64,000 nt of DNA, taken from positions 128,001-192,000 of the forward strand of contig CAWFJJ010000001.1 in the NCBI GenBank assembly GCA_963816185.1, given 5' to 3'. How positions within the stretch are numbered: the stretch's first letter is position 1; each line of letters starts with the position of its first letter. This stretch comes from Thermoanaerobaculia bacterium. GTDB lineage: Bacteria; Acidobacteriota; Thermoanaerobaculia; UBA5066. Both the position numbers and the translations under genes were made by a program. A model generated the notes under the pieces. The model was given only the letters and a program-made list of their open reading frames with translations, ran no database searches and was not told the DNA's origin. Positions 1-9,018 of this stretch are shown here, in pieces.

Positions 1-254
1 GCTGGCTCTGGGAGAACGGTGCCAAGGGAAAAAAGTTCGACAGCTCGCTCGACCGAGGTCAGCCGTTCGAGTTCCCGCTCGGCCAGGGACGCGTCATCAA
101 AGGCTGGGACGAGGGCGTGGCGACGATGAAGATCGGGGGCAAGAGAACGCTTCTGATTCCTCCGGGTCTCGGCTACGGCGCACGCGGTGCCGGCGGCGTC
201 ATCCCGCCGAACGCGACGCTGCTCTTCGAGGTGGAGCTGGTGGGGGTGAAATAG
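1..254 (+). CDS. FKBP-type peptidyl-prolyl cis-trans isomerase (5' part outside window)
   Basis: Frame from nt 3 reads [39 protein letters not shown]...[23 protein letters not shown], stop TAG 252-254. Confidence 0.95.
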   Translation, partial: WLWENGAKGKKFDSSLDRGQPFEFPLGQGRVIKGWDEGVATMKIGGKRTLLIPPGLGYGARGAGGVIPPNATLLFEVELVGVK

Positions 255-342
255 GGGGTCCGGGGGGAGGCGCAGGGCGCTTCCCCCCGGCAGAAAGTCT
301 CTAAAGCAGGCGAATCAGGCCTGCTCGCCTCCCGACCCCTAG
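252..342. repeat. GC-rich palindromic intergenic element / possible terminator
   Basis: ccggggggaggcgc-agg-gcgcttccccccgg hairpin; tagggggtc...gacccctag outer inverted repeat. Confidence 0.45.
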
Positions 343-396
343 ATTGTCCGTGTGGGGCCTCCCGGCAGGGGGGAAGTGCCCCGCCGGAGGGTTTCC

Positions 397-1740
397 ATGC
401 AAAGCCCCGTGAGGCGTGTCGTCATCCTGGGCGCGGCCGGCCGCGATTTTCACGACTTCAACACGGTTTTCCGGGACAAGCCCGAATACCTGGTCGTCGC
501 CTTCACCGCGACGCAGATTCCGGGCATCGACGGCCGGCGCTATCCCGCGTCCCTCGCCGGTTCGCTCTACCCGGGCGGCATCCCGATCGTCGCCGAGGAC
601 GAGCTCGAAGGCCTGATCCGCCGCGAGAGCGTCGACCTCTGTGTCTTTTCGTACTCGGACGTGGCGCACACGCAGGTCATGCACCTTGCATCCCGGGTGA
701 TCGCGGCGGGAGCGGACTTCCTTTTCCTGGGAGCGAACCGGACGATGCTGAAGTCGAAGGTACCCGTCATCGCCGTGACAGCCGTGAGAACGGGCGCGGG
801 CAAGAGCCAGACGACACGGTACCTCTCGAGACTCCTCAAGGAGCGGGGGCTTGCCGTCGTCGCCGTGCGCCACCCGATGCCGTACGGCGATCTCGCGGTC
901 CAGGCCTGCCAGCGCTTCGCGGCATACGCCGACCTCGACCGCGAAAGGTGCACGATCGAGGAGCGCGAGGAGTACGAGCCGCACCTCGACAACGGCTTCG
1001 TCGTGTACGCAGGCGTCGACTACGGCCAGATCCTGAAGCGCGCGGAGGCGGAGGCTGACGTCATCCTCTGGGACGGAGGAAACAACGACCTGCCGTTCTA
1101 CGTGCCCGATCTCCACATCTGCATCGCCGATCCGCACCGCCCCGGCCATGAGACCGCTTACCACCCGGGCGAGGCAAACTTTCGCCGGGCCGACGTCATC
1201 CTCATCAACAAGTGCGACACGGCCGACGAGGGGAACATCCACGCGATCGAGACGGCGGCCGCGAAGCTGAATCCTCGGGCGCGCGTCCTTCGGACGGACT
1301 CGCCGGTCGTCTGCGAGAGGCCCGAGCTCGTGAAGGGCAGGCGCGCCCTCGTCGTCGAGGACGGTCCAACGCTGACGCACGGCGGCATGAGCTTCGGAGC
1401 CGGTCTCGTCGCGGCGAAGAGGGCGGGCGCCTCGGTTATCGTCGATCCGCAGCCGTATGCCGTCGGCACCATCGCCGAGACCTTCCGGAAATATCCGAAC
1501 GCGGCGGGCATCCTCCCCGCAATGGGCTATAGCGACGTACAGGTGGCCGAGCTCGCCGAGACGATTTCGCGGACTCCGTGCGACGTCGTCGTCGTCGGGA
1601 CGCCGATCGATCTGACACGCGTGGTGAGGCTTGCAAAGCCCGCCGTGCGGGCGCAATACGAGCTTCAGGAGGTCCTTCCGGGCCGCCTCGCCGAAGAAAT
1701 CGAACGCGCCGTCCCGGCGGCCATTGCCGTGCCGCAGTGA
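397..1740 (+). CDS. P-loop NTPase of the cyclic 2,3-diphosphoglycerate synthetase-like / arginine synthetase (ArcE-like) family
   Basis: VVILGAAGRDFHDFN, AFTATQIP, AVRTGAGKS (P-loop), RHPMPYGDL, WDGGNND, EDGPTLTHGGM; ATG 397 after GGAGG. Confidence 0.8.
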   Translation: MQSPVRRVVILGAAGRDFHDFNTVFRDKPEYLVVAFTATQIPGIDGRRYPASLAGSLYPGGIPIVAEDELEGLIRRESVDLCVFSYSDVAHTQVMHLASRVIAAGADFLFLGANRTMLKSKVPVIAVTAVRTGAGKSQTTRYLSRLLKERGLAVVAVRHPMPYGDLAVQACQRFAAYADLDRERCTIEEREEYEPHLDNGFVVYAGVDYGQILKRAEAEADVILWDGGNNDLPFYVPDLHICIADPHRPGHETAYHPGEANFRRADVILINKCDTADEGNIHAIETAAAKLNPRARVLRTDSPVVCERPELVKGRRALVVEDGPTLTHGGMSFGAGLVAAKRAGASVIVDPQPYAVGTIAETFRKYPNAAGILPAMGYSDVQVAELAETISRTPCDVVVVGTPIDLTRVVRLAKPAVRAQYELQEVLPGRLAEEIERAVPAAIAVPQ

Positions 1741-1800
1741 AAGACGCCCGGCGGCGCTGAGGGTTTCGGGAAGGCGACGGCGGCCTTATAGTCCGGCGCG

Positions 1801-2235
1801 ATGCTCCTTCTTTCGCGCACGATCCACTTCAATGCGGCGCATCGTCTCTTCAACCCGGAGAAGAGCGAAGAGTGGAACCGCGCAACGTACGGAGACGCGT
1901 CGAACGCCGCCGGCTACGGCCACAACTACACGCTCGAGGTATCCGTGGCGGGCGCGGCCGACGCCGATTCGGCCATGATCGTGAATCTCACCGACCTCGA
2001 CCGCATCCTGAAGGAAGAGGTCGATCGTCCGCTCGATCACCGGAATCTCAACATGGAGATTCCCGAGTTCAGAACGCGCGTCCCCACGGCCGAGAATCTC
2101 GCGCGGTGGATCTGGGATCGCGTGGCGGCGCGGATCGAGAGAGAGGGTTGGCCCTGCCGCCTCGCGACGCTGAAGCTCACGATTACGCCCACGTTCTCGG
2201 TCGAGATGGTTTCGGACCAAGAGAAGATTTCTTAG
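1801..2235 (+). CDS. 6-pyruvoyl/6-carboxy-tetrahydropterin synthase (PTPS/QueD) family protein with altered active site
   Basis: FNAAHRL, GHNYTLEV, LDHRNLN, PTAENLA motifs. Confidence 0.85.
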   Translation: MLLLSRTIHFNAAHRLFNPEKSEEWNRATYGDASNAAGYGHNYTLEVSVAGAADADSAMIVNLTDLDRILKEEVDRPLDHRNLNMEIPEFRTRVPTAENLARWIWDRVAARIEREGWPCRLATLKLTITPTFSVEMVSDQEKIS

Positions 2236-3053
2236 AGAGGGTGTTTTCTTCTCTTTCTCCTCCGAAAACTCAAGTGTTCTCTTGCGCCGGCCGCGAGCGC
2301 CGCGGCCTCGATCTTGTCGCGGCCCCATGCGACTTCCGCCGGCGCGTGCGCGTCGGATGAGAGCACGATCGGGACGCCCGCGGCGACGAGCTTTGTCAAG
2401 AGCGGAGGAGCCGGGTACTCCTCGCCGACGGCTTTCCTGAGGCCCGCGCTCGAGACTTCGACTGCGACCCCGGCGTCTCGCGCGGCGGCCACGGCCGTGT
2501 CCTGGGCGTCGTTCACCTCCGCCGGCATGCGGTGGCCGAATTTCTTCGGGAGGTCGAAGTGCGTGAGAACGTCGAAGAGCCGGGTGCGCGCCGCCTTCGC
2601 GAGCAGCCGGTAGTACTCGCGCCAGAGGTTCTCCGTTCCTTCGGCCTCGTGCCGCTTCGCGGAACCGGGGGCGTCGATCCAGCCGCCGGCCACCCAGTGC
2701 ACGGAGCCGAGGATGACGTCCCAGTCGTGGACGCGGAGAATTTCCTCGAGCGCGCTCTCGTGGCCTTCCGCGTAGTCGGCCTCGAGGCCGAGAAGGACGT
2801 CGATGCGGTCCGCGAACTCCTTCTGCAATGCTCGAACCTCGTCGACGTAGCCCGGCAGCTCCGCCCGCGTCATCGCGAGATGAGGATCGGGATCGTCACC
2901 CGGCAGAAAATAGAGGGGAATGTGGTCCGTGAACGCGATCTCGGCCAGGCCCTTCTCGAGCGCCGCGAGAACGTACTCCCGCATTTCGCCGCCGGCGTGA
3001 CCGCAGCGGGCGGTGTGGACGTGATAGTCGGTCTCGTGTGCTCTCCGTCGCAT
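2232..3053 (-). CDS. PHP-family histidinol-phosphatase (HisJ/HisK-like)
   Basis: DYHVHT, CGHA, FTDH, GLEADY, GSVHW, HFDL, SSDAH. Confidence 0.85.
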   Translation of the reverse strand: MRRRAHETDYHVHTARCGHAGGEMREYVLAALEKGLAEIAFTDHIPLYFLPGDDPDPHLAMTRAELPGYVDEVRALQKEFADRIDVLLGLEADYAEGHESALEEILRVHDWDVILGSVHWVAGGWIDAPGSAKRHEAEGTENLWREYYRLLAKAARTRLFDVLTHFDLPKKFGHRMPAEVNDAQDTAVAAARDAGVAVEVSSAGLRKAVGEEYPAPPLLTKLVAAGVPIVLSSDAHAPAEVAWGRDKIEAAALAAGAREHLSFRRRKRRKHPL

Positions 3054-3098
3054 CGAAGTCCCGCGATCCGAGTGTAGTCTTGGGGCGAAGGGGACCGC

Positions 3099-3695
3099 AT
3101 GGCCATCCGGATCAACCGCGTCTACACCCGGGGGGGCGATGCCGGGGAGACGAGTCTCGTCGGCGGCCAGCGGGTCGCCAAGGACGCGATTCGGATCGAG
3201 AGCTACGGCACGGTGGACGAGCTGAATGCGCTTCTCGGGCTCGTGCGCACGGCGAACCGCGACGACGCGGGCACCGCCCCTAAAGCGGATCGCGACCGGC
3301 TCGACGCCATCCTCGAGCAGATCCAGAACGAGCTGTTCAATCTCGGGTCGGATCTCGCCACGCTCCCGCAGGATCGCCATCCGAAACAGCCCGTCATCGA
3401 GGCTCGCCATGTCTCGTTCCTCGAGAAGACGATCGATGATCTGAACGCCTGCCTGCCGGAGCTCAACTCCTTCGTGCTGCCGGGCGGCGGCTGGGTCTCG
3501 GCATTTCTGCACCAGGCGCGCACCGTATGCCGCCGCGCCGAGCGCCTCGTGACGGCGCTCGCCCGGAAGGAGGCCGTGGGCCCGCACGCTCTCGTCTATC
3601 TCAACCGCCTGTCGGACCTGCTCTTCGTGCTGGGCCGCTGGGCCGCGAAGACGCGGCAGGAGCCGGAGCCTCTCTGGAATCCAACGAAGGGCTGA
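3099..3695 (+). CDS. pduO: Cob(I)alamin adenosyltransferase, PduO type
   Basis: [41 protein letters not shown]. Confidence 0.92.
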   Translation: MAIRINRVYTRGGDAGETSLVGGQRVAKDAIRIESYGTVDELNALLGLVRTANRDDAGTAPKADRDRLDAILEQIQNELFNLGSDLATLPQDRHPKQPVIEARHVSFLEKTIDDLNACLPELNSFVLPGGGWVSAFLHQARTVCRRAERLVTALARKEAVGPHALVYLNRLSDLLFVLGRWAAKTRQEPEPLWNPTKG

Positions 3696-5255
3696 CGCAG
3701 CAACTTTCTGGCGGCCTGCGCGGCGACCGCGGCGCTCCTCGGACTTCTGGGCCGCGGCCTTGCCGCGGAGGAGGCTCCGCGCATCGACACGATCGAGATC
3801 CAGACGACGAACGTCTTCTCGCCCCGGGAGGCGGCGAAGTCGTTCTTTCCCTACGGGCTTGCGAACGCCCTCCACTTCACGACCCGTTCGTCGTTCATCG
3901 AGCAGCAGCTCCTGTTCCAGCCCGGAGACGAGCTTCGCCCGGATCTCCTCGCCGAGACCGAGCGGAACCTGCGCGCGTCCGGGCTCTTCCGCAGGGCCTA
4001 CGTACGCGCGGAGGGAACGCGCGTCGTCGTCGAGACGGCCGACGCCTGGACGCTTCTCCTGCGCGGCTCGCTCTCGAACAAGGGCGGCGTGACGACGTAT
4101 TCGATCGGAGCCGAGGAATACAACGTGCTCGGCACCGGCCGCCAGTTTGGATTCGGGTGGGAGAAGGAGACGGATCGCTCGTCCCGGTCGCTCTTCTTCG
4201 TCGACCCGAACCTGTTCGCTCCGCACGTGAATTTCCGGTTCGATGCCTCGGATCTCTCCGACGGCCGATTTCTCAAGCTCGCGTTGGGACGTCCTTTCTA
4301 TGCGCTCGACGTCAAGTGGGCTCTCGAGGGCTCGGCGCTGCGTTCCGACTTCGACACGAAGCTCTATTCGAAAGGCGACGAAGCGACCGTGTGGAAGGAG
4401 GTGCAGCGCGACCTTCTGGTGTCGGGGGGGCGTCTGATATCCCGCGATCCCGACGGCGTCGTGCGTCTCGTTGGATCCCTCGAGTGGAGCGACGTCAATC
4501 TCCGCGAAGGCGGCCTCGGCCCGCCGCCTCCCGAGGGTGGCGCGCAGCGAAAGTTCTTGTTCCTTTCGGCGGGCATCGCGCGGGAAGGCTCCGACTGGAT
4601 CACCCGGCGGCTCGTCGACCAGATCGACCGGGACGAGGACTTCAACCTCGGGACCAGCGCACGCGTCGAGGTCGGCGTTTCGCCTTCCGTCGGAGGTTCG
4701 AAGCGTGCGGGCCGGGCGCTCGTGTCCGGAAGCGTGGGTACGCTCCTGCCCTCGGGCTTCGCGCTCTCGACGCTCCAGGCCTCGACACGCCTGTCGGGTG
4801 GGCTCGAGAACGCCCTCGTATCGGCGGATGCACGAGCGTACTTTCTGACGGGGCCATGGACGTTCGTGGGACGGCTCGGGACCATGGTCGGGTGGAATCT
4901 CGACCCCGAGAACCAGATTCCGCTCGACGGCGACACCGGCATGCGCGCGTATCGGCTTCACGCGGTGGAGGGGACACGGCGCCTCGTGGGAAACCTCGAG
5001 GCGCGAGTCCTCGTGGTACCCGAGATTCTCCAGCTCGTCTCGTTCGGGCTCGCCGCCTTCGGGGACGTCGGCTGGTCCTCGGGAGAGCCCGACGGATTCT
5101 GGAGGCTCGCGGACGCGGGGGTGGGACTCAGAATCGGGATCACGCGCGCGAGCAAGAACAGCCTCCTGCGCATGGACGTGGCGCGCTCGCTGCACCCGGA
5201 TCCGCTCGGGCGAACCGGGTGGCTCCTCTCGTTCTCGTCCGGACAGGCGTTCTAG
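3696..5255 (+). CDS. Omp85/BamA-TamA-like outer membrane protein (signal peptide, POTRA-like domain, beta-barrel); start codon unclear
   Basis: Frame is open from 3696 with a signal-like segment, then LLFQPGD...LAETERNLRASGLF; C-terminal FGDVG...ADAGVGLR, ends ...GQAF. Confidence 0.7.
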   Translation, partial: RSNFLAACAATAALLGLLGRGLAAEEAPRIDTIEIQTTNVFSPREAAKSFFPYGLANALHFTTRSSFIEQQLLFQPGDELRPDLLAETERNLRASGLFRRAYVRAEGTRVVVETADAWTLLLRGSLSNKGGVTTYSIGAEEYNVLGTGRQFGFGWEKETDRSSRSLFFVDPNLFAPHVNFRFDASDLSDGRFLKLALGRPFYALDVKWALEGSALRSDFDTKLYSKGDEATVWKEVQRDLLVSGGRLISRDPDGVVRLVGSLEWSDVNLREGGLGPPPPEGGAQRKFLFLSAGIAREGSDWITRRLVDQIDRDEDFNLGTSARVEVGVSPSVGGSKRAGRALVSGSVGTLLPSGFALSTLQASTRLSGGLENALVSADARAYFLTGPWTFVGRLGTMVGWNLDPENQIPLDGDTGMRAYRLHAVEGTRRLVGNLEARVLVVPEILQLVSFGLAAFGDVGWSSGEPDGFWRLADAGVGLRIGITRASKNSLLRMDVARSLHPDPLGRTGWLLSFSSGQAF

Positions 5256-5267
5256 GGGCGGCGGGCG

Positions 5268-6215
5268 TCAGTGGATGCCGCGCTCGGCAAGCCAGCGCTC
5301 GGCGTCGATCGCCGCCTTGCAGCCTTCGCCGGCGGCCGAGACGGCCTGACGATAGATGAAATCCGCGACGTCGCCGGCCGCGAAGACGCCCGGCACCGAC
5401 GTTTTCGTGGAGGGATGCCGGATCTTCAGGTAGCCCACCTCGTCCATGTCGAGCTTGCCCCTGAAGAGTCCGGTGTTGGGCTGGTGCCCGATCGCGGCGA
5501 AGTAGCCCGAAACGCTCAAGGTCTTGACCTCGCCGGTCTTCGTATTTTTCACGCGCACGCCCTTCACACCCGTCGTGGGCTCTCCGAGGATCTCCTCGAC
5601 GACGGTGTCGAGAAGGATCTCGATCTTCGGGTTCTGAAGGGCGCGTTGCACCATGATCTTCGAGGCGCGGAACTCGTTCCGCCGGTGGACGAGATATACC
5701 TTCGAGCAGAACTTCGTGAGGAAGCCGGCTTCCTCCATCGCCGTGTCTCCGCCACCCACGACGACGACGTCCTTGCCGCGGAAGAAAAAGCCGTCGCACG
5801 TGGCGCAGGCCGAGACGCCGTAGCCGAGCAGCCTCTTCTCGCTCTCGAGCCCGAGGTATTTCGCCGACGCGCCCGATGCGACGATGACGGAATCGGCGGT
5901 GATCGTTCCGGCCGACTCGAGCGTCAGCGTGAAGGGCTGCTTCGTCACGTCGACGTCCACGACGGTGTCGACGATGATCTCGGTCCCGAAGCGCTCGGCC
6001 TGCTTACGCGTGACGTCCATGAGCGCAGGGCCCTGGATGCCGTGCTCGAAACCGGGGAAGTTCTCGACGTCCGTCGTCGTCGTGAGCTGACCCCCCGGCT
6101 GGATTCCCTCGACGACGAGCGGCTCGAGGTTCGCGCGGGAAGCGTAGATCGCCGCGGTGAGACCCGCGGGGCCTGAGCCGACGATCACGACCTTGTAATG
6201 GGTTCTCCGGGGCAT
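5268..6215 (-). CDS. trxB: Thioredoxin-disulfide reductase
   Basis: GSGPAG, CATCDG, GGGDTA, HRR, FAAGDV. Confidence 0.97.
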   Translation of the reverse strand: MPRRTHYKVVIVGSGPAGLTAAIYASRANLEPLVVEGIQPGGQLTTTTDVENFPGFEHGIQGPALMDVTRKQAERFGTEIIVDTVVDVDVTKQPFTLTLESAGTITADSVIVASGASAKYLGLESEKRLLGYGVSACATCDGFFFRGKDVVVVGGGDTAMEEAGFLTKFCSKVYLVHRRNEFRASKIMVQRALQNPKIEILLDTVVEEILGEPTTGVKGVRVKNTKTGEVKTLSVSGYFAAIGHQPNTGLFRGKLDMDEVGYLKIRHPSTKTSVPGVFAAGDVADFIYRQAVSAAGEGCKAAIDAERWLAERGIH

Positions 6216-6221
6216 CGGCGA

Positions 6222-6809
6222 TTACTTCGCTTGGGCGAAGTACTCTTTCGACTTCTCCCAGTCGGCCTTCATGGCCTTCGTGCCGGGCTTCCAGTCGGCA
6301 GGGCACACCTCACCGTGCTCGCGCACGTACTGGAACGCCTGGAGAACTCGAAGCGTTTCGTCCACCGATCGGCCGACCGCGGTGTTGTTGATCGTCGTGT
6401 GCTGGACGACCCCGTCCGGGTCGATGATGAAGAGTCCGCGCAGCGCGATCTTGCCGTTCTCGGCCAGTACGTTGCATTCCCGGGCGAGGTCCTTGCCGAG
6501 GTCCTCCAGGAGGGGGTACGCGAGACCCTTGATGCCGCCCTCCTCGCGAGGCTTTTCTGTCCAAGCGAGATGACTGAACTTCGAGTCCACGGACGCTCCG
6601 AGCACCTCGGCGTTGAGCTTTCTGAACTCTCCGAGACGGTCCGAGAACGCGAGAATCTCGGTGGGGCATACGAACGTGAAATCGAGGGGATAGAAGAAAA
6701 GGACGACCCATTTTCCCTTGTAGTCGGAAAGGCGATAAGTGTGGAATTTGCCGTTGAGCACGCCCTCGAGGGCAAATTCGGGGGCCATTCGGCCGACGAG
6801 CTGGGACAT
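6222..6809 (-). CDS. ahpC: 2-Cys peroxiredoxin (AhpC/Prx1)
   Basis: [13 protein letters not shown] and GEVCPADW. Confidence 0.95.
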   Translation of the reverse strand: MSQLVGRMAPEFALEGVLNGKFHTYRLSDYKGKWVVLFFYPLDFTFVCPTEILAFSDRLGEFRKLNAEVLGASVDSKFSHLAWTEKPREEGGIKGLAYPLLEDLGKDLARECNVLAENGKIALRGLFIIDPDGVVQHTTINNTAVGRSVDETLRVLQAFQYVREHGEVCPADWKPGTKAMKADWEKSKEYFAQAK

Positions 6810-6871
6810 GGAATTTCTCCTTGCGCGAGGCTTATGTTTCCCGGGTGGGATTGTGACCCTGCGATACTTAA

Positions 6872-6938
6872 TACTTTAGACTTAATCTAAACTTTGGTCA
6901 AGTCAGCCCTTGATTCTTCTTTATATCGAGTCTAAATT
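6872..6938. promoter_or_regulatory. Divergent sigma70-type promoters, each overlapped by a Fur/PerR-like palindromic operator
   Basis: +: TTGATT(6910)-N17-TAAATT(6933); -: TTGACC-N17-TAAAGT; operators TTTAGA-cttaa-TCTAAA (6875-6891) and TTTATA-tcgag-TCTAAA (6920-6936). Confidence 0.7.
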
Positions 6939-6969
6939 AGTCACAGTAGAAACGAAGGAGGGCCTTTTC

Positions 6970-7389
6970 ATGGCCGAGCTCAAGGGAACGAAGACTCACG
7001 AGAACCTCAAGCACGCTTTCGCGGGTGAGAGCCAGGCGAACCGCCGTTACCTCTATTTCGCCGACAAGGCGGACATCGAGGGCTATCCCGAGATTGCCGG
7101 AAACTTCCGCGACACAGCCGAGGGCGAGACTGGTCACGCGCACGGCCACATGGATTACCTCAAGGCTGCGGGCGATCCCGCGACCGGCCTGCCGTTCGGC
7201 TCGACGACATTGAACCTCAAGAGCGCAATCGAGGGCGAGACCTACGAGTACACCCAGATGTACCCCGGCTTCGCGAAAACGGCTCGGGAGGAGGGCTTCG
7301 TCGAGGTCGCCGACTGGTTCGAGACGCTCGCGCGCGCCGAGAAGTCGCACGCGAACCGCTTCAGCAAGCTCCTGACGACGATCGGCTGA
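6970..7389 (+). CDS. rbr: Rubrerythrin, short form without rubredoxin domain
   Basis: [33 protein letters not shown] di-iron ligands; SD GGAGG. Confidence 0.92.
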   Translation: MAELKGTKTHENLKHAFAGESQANRRYLYFADKADIEGYPEIAGNFRDTAEGETGHAHGHMDYLKAAGDPATGLPFGSTTLNLKSAIEGETYEYTQMYPGFAKTAREEGFVEVADWFETLARAEKSHANRFSKLLTTIG

Positions 7390-7560
7390 AGAGGAACAGG
7401 ATTCGGCTGAAGAGAACAGGAACAGAAGAGGAAGATTTTCTTAGAAGGTGAATGGGGTCCCGGCGCCCGAATACCGTGAAGCCGCGTGAAGCCGCACAGA
7501 CCCCACTCACCCTTCTAAGAAATCCGAATCCTCATCCTCATCCGAATCCGAAAGCAGAAA
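7383..7560. repeat. Intergenic repeat/hairpin element with inverted TTTCTTAGAAGG pair
   Basis: Tandem copy of tcggctgaagag(g)aacagga; stem tttcttagaaggtgaatggggtc / gaccccactcacccttctaagaaa; ATCC(G/T)-type hexamer tail. Confidence 0.7.
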
Positions 7561-7565
7561 GAGCC

Positions 7566-8867
7566 ATGGGTGCCGTCGGAACTCCGATCGCCGTCAAAGA
7601 CGCGGCCTCCCTCTCAGCCGAGCTGACGCGCGTCGCGGATATCTGCCATGGGTGCCGCCGCTGCTTTTCGCTGTGCCCGTCCTTCGACGTGCTTTTCAAG
7701 GGGCTCGACGTCGCCGAGGTGGACGGCGAGGCGGAGAAGCTGCCGAACAAGGTCCTCGACGATTTCGTGGACCTCTGCTACGAGTGCAAGCTCTGCATTC
7801 CGCATTGCCCGTACATCCCGCCTCACCGCTGGGCGGTGGACGTCCCGCACCTCGTCCTGGAGTCGAGAAACGTCCGCATGAAGGAGACGGGCCTTCCTCT
7901 TCGCGAGCGTCTGCTCTCCCGGCCCGACGCCCTCGGCCGCCTTTCGCGGCCGATCGCGCCGGTCGCGAACTTCGTCAACACGCTGCCGGTCGCGCGCTGG
8001 GCGCTGGAGAAGGCCCTTGGTGTCTCGGCGCAGAAAGACCTGCCGCATTTCGCGTCGCGCACGTTCACGGCCTGGTTCAAGACGCGAAGAGCCCCCGCGC
8101 AGGCCGGAGAGCCCGTTGCGAAGGTCGTCTTCTTTCCGACTTGCTCGGTCGAGTGGAACCGGCCGGAGATCGGGCAGGCCGCGGTTGCGGTGCTCGAGAA
8201 GAACCGGGTCGAGGTGGCGGTCGCCTACCCGCAGTGCTGCGGGATGCCGCTTTTCGACGTGGGGGACGTCGCGGGCGCCGACGAGGCTCGCCGGACGTTC
8301 GTCGCCTCCATGAGGAGCTGGGTCGACCGCGGCTACACGATCGTGACGCCGGGTCCCTCCTGCTCGCTCATGGTCAAGAAGGAGTATCCGTGGCTCGAGA
8401 AGAGGCGCGGAGGAGAGCGCGCGGGGGCCGGAGAGTCGTCGACGGACACTCAAGTCGTGGCCGCAAACACGCGCGACCTCTTCGAATTCCTCGCCGACCT
8501 GAAGGCGAAGGGCCTTCTCGCGCTCGACTTCCCGAACGCGCCGAAGTCGATCGCGTATCACCTGCCCTGCCATCTGAAAGTGCAGAACATGGGCTTTAAG
8601 TCGCGCGACCTCCTCGCCGCCACGGGAGCGGCCGTCACGATGGTGGAACGGTGCTCGGGCCACGACGGCACGTGGGCGATGAAGAAGGAGTATTTCGACA
8701 CCTCGATGAAGGTCGGAAAGAAGCTGTTCGACGGCCTCGCCGCGGCGAAGGCGGACGTCATCGCCTCGGACTGCGCCCTTGCGGGAGTGCAGATCAGGCA
8801 GGGGATGAAGATTCCGGTGCTGCACCCGATCGAAATCCTGCGAGACTCTTATGGACTTGAAGCGTGA
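7566..8867 (+). CDS. Fe-S oxidoreductase, GlpC/HdrD-like with CCG domains (rubrerythrin-associated)
   Basis: CHGCRRCFSLC, CYECKLCIPHCP, QCCG, ERCSG. Confidence 0.88.
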   Translation: MGAVGTPIAVKDAASLSAELTRVADICHGCRRCFSLCPSFDVLFKGLDVAEVDGEAEKLPNKVLDDFVDLCYECKLCIPHCPYIPPHRWAVDVPHLVLESRNVRMKETGLPLRERLLSRPDALGRLSRPIAPVANFVNTLPVARWALEKALGVSAQKDLPHFASRTFTAWFKTRRAPAQAGEPVAKVVFFPTCSVEWNRPEIGQAAVAVLEKNRVEVAVAYPQCCGMPLFDVGDVAGADEARRTFVASMRSWVDRGYTIVTPGPSCSLMVKKEYPWLEKRRGGERAGAGESSTDTQVVAANTRDLFEFLADLKAKGLLALDFPNAPKSIAYHLPCHLKVQNMGFKSRDLLAATGAAVTMVERCSGHDGTWAMKKEYFDTSMKVGKKLFDGLAAAKADVIASDCALAGVQIRQGMKIPVLHPIEILRDSYGLEA

Positions 8868-8874
8868 GAGAGGG

Positions 8875-9014
8875 AATCTGTTCCCCGGATGTCTGGTGTC
8901 AAGGGTCTTCGACCGCTGCGCGGCGCGCAAAGCGCGCCCTTGACACCGGACATCCGGGAGAAGATTTTTCTTCTATCGGGGCTGCATTAGCAGCCCCGAA
9001 TATCAGAAGAAGAA
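8875..9014. repeat. Two intergenic stem-loops (REP-like)
   Basis: cccggatgtctggtgtcaaggg...cccttgacaccggacatccggg (22-bp stem) and tcggggctgcattagcagccccga. Confidence 0.7.
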
Positions 9015-9018
9015 TTAG

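Noticed and set aside
3693-3760. Selenocysteine or stop readthrough fusing PduO to the Omp85-like protein
   Set aside because: PduO ends at its normal length, no convincing SECIS, and a cytoplasmic enzyme fused before a signal peptide is implausible
7383-9014. Intergenic repeats as a CRISPR array
   Set aside because: No regularly spaced identical repeats with unique spacers and no cas genes
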